Shown here one piece after another: positions 10,428 through 19,400 of a DNA stretch of 32,000 bases. The translations under genes and the position numbers were made by a program. The DNA lies in sequence record CM031383.1. One strand, given 5' to 3'. The notes under the pieces are model-generated. The model searched no databases. It had not been told where the DNA came from and saw nothing but the letters and a program-made list of their open reading frames with translations. Within the stretch, counting starts at the first letter, position 1. Every line of letters begins with the position of its first letter.

Positions 10428-11031
10428 TTTGAAATGAATACAAAGTAAATTTATGTTTATGTTTTATACCTATTATCATATCATAATAGAAAATTTCATT
10501 CAATTTACTAAAAAAACTTCAAATTTTGTTTCAACATAGACAAAATTATATATAGATTTTTTTTTGTGAAATAGAACTTAGTCTACAATTTATTTTTATT
10601 TTAGTTCATGAAAAAGGAATTTTTTTAATAAGTTTCCTTCATTTTTATAAAAAATATGAATTAATTATTATGAAAAATATTTTTTTAAAAATTTTTTGTT
10701 TATTTTAATATTCTCGAAGCGTTTTTAATCATTCATTATATTGCAAAAAATTTCTCAAAAATATTTTTATTTTGATCAAATTATAAAAAAAAATTTTTTT
10801 TACTTTTATTTTTAAAGTATTTTCTTGTTTTTTTATGTGAAAAAAAAATGAAAAATTTTTTGACAAAAAATAAAAAATAAGATAAAATATTTAATAAGAA
10901 TGTTAAAAAATTTCAAATTTTCATAAAATTTTTTGCTGTTCCTTCAGTCAGCACAAAAAAATTTGAAATTTGGAATGTTGTTTTTGTATTATTCCAATAG
11001 AAATATAAAAGAATACATACGTTTTTTTAGT

Positions 11032-11104
11032 GCCCCCATCGTCTAGAGGCCCAGGACACCTCCCTTTCACGGAGAAAACGGGGATTCGAATTCCCCTGGG
11101 GGTA
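11032..11104 (+). tRNA. trnE-UUC: tRNA-Glu (anticodon UUC)
   Basis: gcccccatcgtctagaggcccaggacacctccctttcacggagaaaacggggattcgaattcccctgggggta has the typical plastid trnE form, with anticodon loop ctttcac. Confidence 0.93.
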
Positions 11105-11204
11105 AAAAGTTTTTCTTTTTTGCCTATGTAATAGAACCTTGTTCGTTTTTAACAAAGAACAATGGAAAGATCAAATTATCAAAGTTTTTATTTTCTTTTT
11201 TTAT

Positions 11205-11960
11205 ATGTCAAGATATATTGGTCCTCGTTTAAGAATTATTCGTCGTATCGGTAAATTAAGAGGTTTTACACGAAAAAAACCTTTTCGTAGATCTTTCCGT
11301 GGGAAAGGTGCTTTCCAAGGAAAAGTTATTCCACCAGGTCAACATGGTTTAACAAAATTATTTAAAAGTCGACCATTTGATTCAAATGAATCAGATTATT
11401 TAATCCGTTTAAAAGTTAAACAACGATTACGTTATAACTATGGAATTACAGAAAAACAATTAGTGAAATATGTACGTCAAGCTAAAAAAATGAAAGAATC
11501 AACAGGTCAAGTGTTATTACAACTTTTAGAAATGCGTTTAGATAACATTGTTTTCCGTTTAAATATGGCTCCAACGATTGCTGCTGCTCGACAACTTATT
11601 AGTCATGGGCATATTCATGTTAATAATAAAAAAGTGAACATTGCAAGTTATATGTGTAAACCAAAAGATGTTATTTCAGTTTCAATGAAACAAAGTTCAT
11701 TACGATTAGTAAATCGTAATTTACAAGAATATTCTCAAAAAATGAGTTCGTATAAAAAACGTTTAGAAAGAACTTTAGCTTACATTTTATTTCAACGTAA
11801 TATTAGTCCAACAATGACAAATGCTTTAGAATATATCAATCAAGGAAAAGTTCAAGTAAATAATAGAAGAATTTTAGTTCCTAATTACTTATGTCGTTCA
11901 AAAGATACGATTTCAGTAAAAACTGAAAAAGGTATTCGAAAATTCCAATTTAGTGAATAA
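11205..11960 (+). CDS. rps4: 30S ribosomal protein S4 (251 aa) with an atypical second S4-like domain at the C-terminus
   Basis: The ATG at 11205 gives [25 protein letters not shown]..., the canonical S4 N-terminus. The track ORF begins at an upstream TTG (11139). The S4 RNA-binding domain is [35 protein letters not shown]. Confidence 0.93.
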   Translation: MSRYIGPRLRIIRRIGKLRGFTRKKPFRRSFRGKGAFQGKVIPPGQHGLTKLFKSRPFDSNESDYLIRLKVKQRLRYNYGITEKQLVKYVRQAKKMKESTGQVLLQLLEMRLDNIVFRLNMAPTIAAARQLISHGHIHVNNKKVNIASYMCKPKDVISVSMKQSSLRLVNRNLQEYSQKMSSYKKRLERTLAYILFQRNISPTMTNALEYINQGKVQVNNRRILVPNYLCRSKDTISVKTEKGIRKFQFSE

Positions 11961-12015
11961 AAAATTTAAAGATTTTTGCCCTTTTAGTTGTTGCTTTTAT
12001 TTTTAATCGAGCTAT

Positions 12016-12060
12016 AGTGCCGGCATTACTTATTTTTTTTTATTGAGCAATGCCGGCACT
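12016..12060. promoter_or_regulatory. Inverted repeat downstream of rps4 (putative 3' stem-loop)
   Basis: The arms are agtgccggcatt (12016-12027) and aatgccggcact (12049-12060), about 55 nt after the rps4 stop. Confidence 0.55.
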
Positions 12061-12603
12061 AAAACTTCATTAAAAAAAGCTAAAGCTCTATTAAAAAAAA
12101 GCTCATTTCTGCTTAGAGCTGGGTAAAGCTGAGCAGACTGAAGCAACAGCCTACAGGCAAAAGCAAAAAAAATTTGATTTCTTGATAAATATTTACTGAA
12201 AAATAAAAATTGTATCTAAATCTTTAAATTTTTTCTTTATTCTTTAAAATAGACAAAATTCTAAAAGAATGATAAAATATATTTGCAATTTAATAAAATT
12301 TCATATTTCTCTTTTTTATAAAAGAAAATTTACAAAAATGAAGTTTTCAAGAATTTCAAAAAATATATCTTTTTTAAAGAATAAAAAAATTTTTCCAACA
12401 CATTTTTCTGTTGGCTATTGCTTCAGCCAGTCCTATTCTTACGAAGTAAGTGCTGTTCCTTTGTAAGTGCAGGGCTCGGCTAAAACAACATCTCAAAAGA
12501 AAAAGGGTTGTGCTAGCAGTCTTTTTTATAAGGGCTGGCTAGACGAGCGCAACCTTTTTTGTTACTAATGTATATTATGAAGTTGATATGTCTGTAAAAA
12601 AAA

Positions 12604-12685
12604 GCCTCCGTGATGGAACTGGTAGACATGCTGGTTTTAGGAACCAGTGCACTTGTGCGTGTCGGTTCAAATCCGACCGGAGGCA
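12604..12685 (+). tRNA. trnL-UAG: tRNA-Leu (anticodon UAG), class II with long variable arm
   Basis: gcctccgtgatggaactggtagacatgctggttttaggaaccagtgcacttgtgcgtgtcggttcaaatccgaccggaggca. The anticodon arm is ctggt-tttagga-accag. Confidence 0.92.
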
Positions 12686-13089
12686 TTCATCATTAAACGA
12701 AATTGGTTAGTATTTTATTATGTGAAATCTCCAGATGAATGTTTCAAAATATTTATGTTGTTTTTTACTTGTTTTATAAAAATAAAATTTTTCTTTTTTT
12801 CTTTCGAAAAGAAAAATTGTTAAAAAAACAAGAAAAAAACAGAAATTTTTTTTAAGTTTTCTTTTGTGTTGGAGCTTTGTAATTTTTTTCTCTACATTTT
12901 TCTATGAATTTATTTAAAATAAAAAGATGTAGCCCCTTTTAAAAAGTTATTTATGTAAAGTATCCAAGTTGCTTTTTTAACCAAGCTAGCCAACTTTGCT
13001 TAGATGAGTTGGTATTGTTGTTAAAAAGCTGATTAACCACAAAAAGTTTTTTTTGAAACATGCACTGTCAATTTTTAAAAATGTTTTTT

Positions 13090-14745
13090 ATGCCGATTGG
13101 TGTGCCTCGAATTATTTATTGTTGGGGTGAAGAACTTCCAGCACAATGGACAGATATTTATAATTTTATCTTTCGTAGACGAATGGTTTTTTTAATGCAA
13201 TATTTAGATGATGAACTTTGTAACCAAATTTGTGGTTTATTAATCAATATTCATATGGAAGATCGTTCAAAAGAATTAGAAAAAAAAGAAATGGAAAATA
13301 GTGGATTTTTTAAAAATTCTACAACACAAAAAAAATCAATAACAGGTGGACTAGAAGCTTCTTTAGGAAAAAATCAATTTTCTCCATCAGCAAAAAAAAA
13401 AGAACGTTCGATTGAAGATTTAATGATTTCTGAAGAAGATTTAGGTATTGATGAAAATAACATGTTAGAAACACATACTTTACAAAAAATTTCATTAGAA
13501 TGGTTAAATTGGAATTCTCAATTTTTTGATTATTCTGAAGAACCATATTTATTTTATTTAGCAGAATTATTAGCTAAAGATATTACTGGAAATAATGCAG
13601 GTTTATTATCAAATACATTAAATCAAAACATTTCGATGAGTGATACAGAATTAGCAAAATTGATGATGATGTTTAAACAAATGAATTCATCAGATCGAAA
13701 AAATTTCTCTTCAAACATTTTTCAAAATAAAAATTCTATGAATTCAAATCAAAATTTTGACATTTATTCCCCATTTCGATTATTAGCAAATAAAATTTCA
13801 CAAAATTCATCTGATTTTCAAATAGATGAAAACTTTAAAAAATTCAATTTCCAAAAAAAACTTGAACAATTCCAAAAAAAACAATATTCAAATTTAGCTG
13901 GATCTCCTGTTGGTTTGCAAGGAGAAAGAGAAAACCGTATGGATTCAATTGTTTCAAATTTAGCAAATAAAGAATTTTTTCATTATTCTGATCAGTCAAA
14001 TACGAAAAAAACTTTTTCAGAAAAAGCTTTTACTCAAAGACAACTTCGTCGTGATTATTTTGAAGAAAATTCTTTTTCGTCAAAATTTAGAACAAAACAA
14101 ACAAAAGCTTTTGATTATTTAAATCCAGATCAACTTTCAAAAGATACTGCTTATTTAGAATATCGTGATTCATACAGAAAACAAACTGAACGAGCTTTAC
14201 AAGAAGAAGAATCGAAAAAAGTTTTTATGGTTATTAATTCTTTTGGAGGTTCTGTTGGAAATGGGATTACAATTCATGATGCTTTACAATTTATTAAAGC
14301 AGGTTCAATGACTTTAGGATTAGGTGTTGCTGCTTCAGCTGCTTCTTTAGCTTTAGCCGGAGGAACGATTGGAGAGCGATATGTTACTGAAGGTTGTCAT
14401 GTTATGATGCACCAACCAGAAGGAGGATTAAGTGGGCAAGCTTCTGATATTTGGATCGATAGTCAAGAAATTCTTAAAATCCGTTTAGATGTTGCTGAAA
14501 TTTATTCTTTATCAACATATAGACCTCGTCATAAAATTTTACGTGATTTAGATCGAGATTTTTATTTAACTGCTATGGAAACTATTTATTATGGATTAGC
14601 TGATGAAATTGCAACAAATGAAGTAATGCATTCTATTATTGAAATGACTAGTAAAGTATGGGATTATCATGATAGTCAACAACAAAAATTATTAGAAAGT
14701 CGTGATAGCGCTACTTCAGGATTAGATACACAAACACAAAGCTAA
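13090..14745 (+). CDS. clpP: ATP-dependent Clp protease proteolytic subunit with large in-frame insertion (551 aa)
   Basis: The ATG at 13090 gives MPIGVPRIIYCWGEELPAQWTDIYNFIFRRRMVFLMQYLDDELCNQICGLL. The C-terminal part carries VINSFGGSVGNG, GVAASAAS (Ser), VMMHQPEGG (His) and DRDFYLTAMETIYYGLADE (Asp). About 315 non-ClpP codons lie between the two parts. Confidence 0.93.
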   Translation: MPIGVPRIIYCWGEELPAQWTDIYNFIFRRRMVFLMQYLDDELCNQICGLLINIHMEDRSKELEKKEMENSGFFKNSTTQKKSITGGLEASLGKNQFSPSAKKKERSIEDLMISEEDLGIDENNMLETHTLQKISLEWLNWNSQFFDYSEEPYLFYLAELLAKDITGNNAGLLSNTLNQNISMSDTELAKLMMMFKQMNSSDRKNFSSNIFQNKNSMNSNQNFDIYSPFRLLANKISQNSSDFQIDENFKKFNFQKKLEQFQKKQYSNLAGSPVGLQGERENRMDSIVSNLANKEFFHYSDQSNTKKTFSEKAFTQRQLRRDYFEENSFSSKFRTKQTKAFDYLNPDQLSKDTAYLEYRDSYRKQTERALQEEESKKVFMVINSFGGSVGNGITIHDALQFIKAGSMTLGLGVAASAASLALAGGTIGERYVTEGCHVMMHQPEGGLSGQASDIWIDSQEILKIRLDVAEIYSLSTYRPRHKILRDLDRDFYLTAMETIYYGLADEIATNEVMHSIIEMTSKVWDYHDSQQQKLLESRDSATSGLDTQTQS

Positions 14746-14804
14746 TATTTCATTCACTTCAAATCTTATGAAAAGCATGAATTGTGAATTCACAATCATG
14801 ATTT

Positions 14805-14880
14805 CGTTTTTACCTTTTGGTAACGAAGCAATTGGTAACGAAGCAGTTACCAATTGCTTCGTTACCAAAAAGTAAAAACG
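14805..14880. repeat. Palindromic dispersed repeat, family RA copy 3, about 60 nt downstream of the clpP stop
   Basis: cgtttttaccttttggtaacgaagcaattgg - taacgaagcagtta - ccaattgcttcgttaccaaaaagtaaaaacg. It has the same architecture and loop as copy 1. A paired G>A / C>T change in the two arms keeps the palindrome. Confidence 0.85.
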
Positions 14881-14925
14881 AAAAGGCAAAATAAAACAAA
14901 TAGAACAAAAAATTTTTTATTTTTT

Positions 14926-14969
14926 ATTAGGTAATTTGATACTAACTAAATAGTATCAAATTACCTAAT
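14926..14969. promoter_or_regulatory. Second inverted repeat in the clpP 3' region
   Basis: The arms attaggtaatttgatact (14926-14943) and agtatcaaattacctaat (14952-14969) are perfect 18-nt complements. Confidence 0.5.
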
Positions 14970-16077
14970 TTTGATTTTGAAAAGAAAGCTTCTTTAGCTA
15001 GCTTTTCATGAAAATCAGCTTTTTCGGCTTTGTTACAAGCAGTCACGGTCGGATGTTTTTTCTAATTTCACTTAAAATTGAAAAAAAAATATTTTTCATA
15101 AAATTCATAAATACTCATTTTCAATAAAAAAGAAATATATAAAACATTTTAAAAAATAACAATTCAATGAAAATAAAAATTTTTTTTACTAAAATAAAAA
15201 AAACATTTTTTAATGTTTATTTTTATTCTTTAAATAATCTAAAAAAACACTTAAAAAATCACTTTCTACAGCCGAAAAGCTTTGTTTTTAAGCTTCCTGT
15301 TAGAGACCTCAAAATTTGCCTCGTTTATTTAGTTTTATTTTGTTAAGCAAAACTGATAATTTTTAGCTTAAAAAGCCAAACGTTTAATAAACAGTTTTTG
15401 ACTGAATAATAAAACGTTTGAACATTTTTTGATTCTATAATTGAATATATATTCGTTAATATATTTACAATTATTTTGCTAAAATTCCACAATTATGCAA
15501 TCAAAAGTTTTTACTTCTAAATTAAAACTTTATTTTTCTTCATTTTTTATATGTATAAAAAAACGACGAGTTTAAAATAATCCAGAACATTATTTTACGT
15601 AAGTAGTAACATAACATATGACCATTGAGATCGGTTAGACTGTTCAAATGAAAGTAAAACGAATTGCGCACAATAGCCTAGGAATAATGTTTTTAGTACG
15701 ATGGCTATAAAAAACTTGCTTCTAAGCTTATAAACAAGCTCTTAGCAAATATTTGAACAGCTTTTCATCAAACAATTAAAAACGTTAACCAATAAGTCAA
15801 AATTTAATATATATATTAAAAATTTGACAACTTTAAAAACTTTAGCTGCTTTTGGCAGGCTTTGTTTGACTTGAAAACAAAATTTTTAGTATAGTCTACA
15901 CTTCAAATAAGCCAGTTTCGCTAGTAAATACTAGAATAAAAATTTTAACAACATGTTAAAACATTATAAAACTTCATCAAATTTTTTTTGATGAACAAGA
16001 AAAAAATTTGAGAATATTTTTTTAGCTTTCGTCTTTTTTTTTTATTGAGTTTTTACCTTTTAGCTTTTGTTTTTTGT

Positions 16078-16157
16078 GCCTTTTGGTAGCGAAGCAATAA
16101 GTAACTGCCGGTTGCTTCGCTACCTGCCGGCTGCCGATTGCTTCGCTACCAAAAGGT
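16078..16157. repeat. Family RA copy 4, with arms separated by ccgg/ctgcc-rich filler
   Basis: The arms are gccttttggtagcgaagcaat (16078-16098) and attgcttcgctaccaaaaggt (16138-16157). The spacer contains gtaactgccggttgcttcgctacc, which is related to the repeat at 6292 and to 16244-16282. Confidence 0.8.
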
Positions 16158-16376
16158 AAACTGCTTCGCTTCTAAAAGGCCCAATTAAAAAATAAGCGCA
16201 ACAGGCAATAAGTCAATAAGCCTTTTGAAGCAACTGCTAATAGGTAACTGCCGGCTGGCAGGCCTGGCAGGCTGCCAAAAAGCTCAAAAAAATAGGCAGC
16301 GCCCCCTCTTTTCTTTGAAAAAAAAGAGAATAATTTTCTCAAAAAAGAAAAAATCTATTGAAAACACGCAAAAATG

Positions 16377-16435
16377 ATTTTATTAAGGTTTAAAATTCAA
16401 AAAATGATGATTTTGAGATTTTAAACCTTAATAAA
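16377..16435. promoter_or_regulatory. Inverted repeat just downstream of the rpoC1 stop (putative 3' stem-loop)
   Basis: The arms are ttttattaaggtttaaaat (16377-16395) and attttaaaccttaataaaa (16417-16435), about 35 nt 3' of the stop at 16470-16472. Confidence 0.55.
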
Positions 16436-16469
16436 ATTCAAATTGTTTAGAAATTATGAAAATGTTTCA

Positions 16470-19400
16470 TTACAAAAACGAAGAATGTATACATTCTTGA
16501 ATCATTAAATTCATTAAAATGCGACCTACTGTTGTTCTTATGTATTTGTCTAGTATATTATTTTGTCGATCATAAATTATTGTATATTTTGGTTGAATTT
16601 TTTCCCAAGTTCCATTTAATCGAAGACGAATTTCAACTGGTTTAGAAGAATCATTTCCAAAATCAACAGGACCATTTACTTTCATCCAAATAGGAGTGTG
16701 AATAAAAATTTCTTTACGTTGATAAGCAGTAATAACAGAATTAAAATTTTGAAAAAATAAGAAAGATTTGTTTTGAAGAACAAAATTATAAAAATTTAGT
16801 TTAGTAGAAGAGAAACTTTCGTTTTTCTTTAAAAAATCATTTTGTTTTTTCAAGAAATTTGAAAATTGAATTCCTACAAATTTCGCTAAAAAATCATTTG
16901 TTAAAAAATAACATCCAAGAACCATATCTTGACTTGGTAAAAGAACAGGTTCACCAGTTGCTGAATTGATAAAATTATTAATTGAAAGCATAAATTTCCA
17001 TGCTTCTGTACGAGCTTCTACAGTCAAAGGAATATGAACGGCCATTTGGTCACCATCAAAGTCTGCATTAAAAGCAGGACAAACCATAGGATGTAGTAAA
17101 ATAGCTCGACCATCAATTAATTTAGGAAGAAATGCTTGAAAACCTAATCTATGAAGCGTTGGGGCACGATTTAATAATACAGGCACATTTTTCATGACTT
17201 TTTGTAATAAGTGAATAGTGAATGTTGAATCAGATTTTAAAAGATTTTTTGCTCCTATTACAGTTTGTGCTAGTTTGTATTTTAAAATATATTGAATCAA
17301 AAAAGGTAAAAATAGCTCTAATGCCATTTCTTTTGGAATACCACATTCATATAATTTTAATTCTGGACCAACAACAATAACAGAACGTCCAGAGTAATCG
17401 ACACGTTTTCCTAATAGATATTGACGAAATCGTCCTTGTTTTCCTTTTAAGATTTCAGAAAGAGATTTTAAAGGTTGACCACGAGAATTGGTTTCTGGTT
17501 TTACACTTCCTTTTCCATTTTGAATTAAATTATCAACAGCTTCTTGAAGTAATCTTTGAGCATATTTTATTTCAAAAGATTGATTTGTTGCAGAATCTTT
17601 TGCAAATTTTTTAAATCGTTCATTTCTATAAATAATTCGCTGATAAAATCGATTTAAATCTGAAGCAGCAATTTGATTTTGTAATTTTAAAATAGGACGT
17701 AAATCTGGAGGTAATACGGGAAGGTTTCTTAAAATCATAAAATTAGGATTTGAATTTCTTCGAGAAAATTTACGAAGAAATTTTAAACGACGAATAATGT
17801 GTTCTCTTTTTTGAAAATATTTTTGAATTTTTAAAGAATCTTTTTTTGTTTTAGCTGCTTGTTTTAAAAAACGTAAAGTTTGTTGAATTTTTGGAAGTAA
17901 AATTTGATGTTGTATTGTCATTTTTCTTAATTCTACAGATGTATATTCTGTTAACAATTTTTCAAGAATTCCAGCGCCAACAAGAAAATTTTTTGTTGAA
18001 AAATCAAAATCAAAAAAAGGTAAAAAAGATTCATTTTTTGTTTTTTTCGAGGTTGAATATGCTTCTTTTTTGAGTTTTGTCGATCTTCTTGATTTTTCAG
18101 AAAAATTTAAAGTTGAACGGTAAATAAAAATTGGAATATCTTCAAATTCATTTAAAAATAAAGAATTATAATAGACAAAATATTTCCAATCTGCATCATT
18201 ATTCCATACATAATTATAAGCAATTGTCAATACTTTATTTTTTAAATAAGTGTTTGTTTTTGGAGGAGAAGTTTTTAAAGGAACTTTTTGATTTATCTTT
18301 TCCCAATTTGACAGATTTTTAGACTGCCATCCTAACAAGCTAATAGACAAATTAGCAGTATTGGGCTCTGTTATTGATGAAACACCTGCAAAATGAGCAA
18401 AATTTGCTTTTTTTTGCTTTTTTTTGATTAGATTTTGTCCATTTTTAGAAATTTTTTGAATTTGATTTTTTTTGCCAAATTGATTTTTTTTGTTGTCAAC
18501 AGAAAAACTGTTTTGTTGAGATTTAGAATTTTGTTTAGAAGAAGGGACAATAGAAGATAAATGAAAAAATTTGGTGAATTTATTTAATTCGATTTGTTTT
18601 TTTCGTTGATGAAATTTGACTTTTGAAGTTAATTGTTTATTAGAAATATAAATTTTTTCAGTGATATCACGTTTTTTGGTATTTTTGAAAAAAATTTTTT
18701 TTTCAATGTGTAGTTGTTTGTTTTCAAAAGATTTTTCTTGTTTAAAATCGTTCAATTTGAGTTTTGGAGTAGTTCGTGATTCATCTGACAAGTTACGGTG
18801 CTCGTCAAAATGAGGAGCCTGATTTATATCAGTAGCGTTTTGATGAACATGAAAAATTTTTGGAGTTTTATTGACTTTCTTTTTATTCTTAGAGAAAAAA
18901 ACAAATGAAATAGAATTTAAAAGAAAAAATAAAGAATTCTGAACTTTTGAACTTTCAATACAAAGATGAATGTTTTCTTTTTTATTTCTCCAATTTTCTA
19001 AAATAAGTTGACTGTTAGAAGAATTTGAAAAAAGAAAATTGGATTTAAACAAATATAAAAGAAAAGTAAAGTATTCAAAAGATACTTTTTCAAGAAGAGA
19101 ATATATTTGTGATTTTTGAACAAAAATTTCTACTCCTTGTTCAAAAATACTATCCCATTTTTTGATATTTAAACTTTTTTGAGAAAGTAAGTTTTTGTTG
19201 ACATCAGACAATTTTTTTATTTCATTTGTTTTTTCAGGAAACGATGAAAAAAAGATTGAATTGTAAAAAATAGAACAAAAATCTATTTCATAATATGTTT
19301 TTAAAAAACATAAAATTTTTTCAAAATGAATTGAAATTGTGAAAATTTCAAGAAAAGATATATTTTTGTCTATTTGCTTTGCTTGAAGAAAATCGATTTT

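Noticed and set aside
13270-14214. Intein or intron interpretation of the clpP insertion
   Set aside because: There are no intein block signatures (no Cys/Ser at the N-junction, no His-Asn plus Cys/Ser/Thr at the C-junction). No group I or group II hallmarks are present. The frame is open throughout, consistent with the known translated insertion in Chlamydomonas ClpP1.
15618-15640. atgaccattgag... superficially like the start of psaA exon 1 (MTI...)
   Set aside because: The frame stops after 6 codons (MTIEIG*) and the downstream sequence does not encode PsaA residues.
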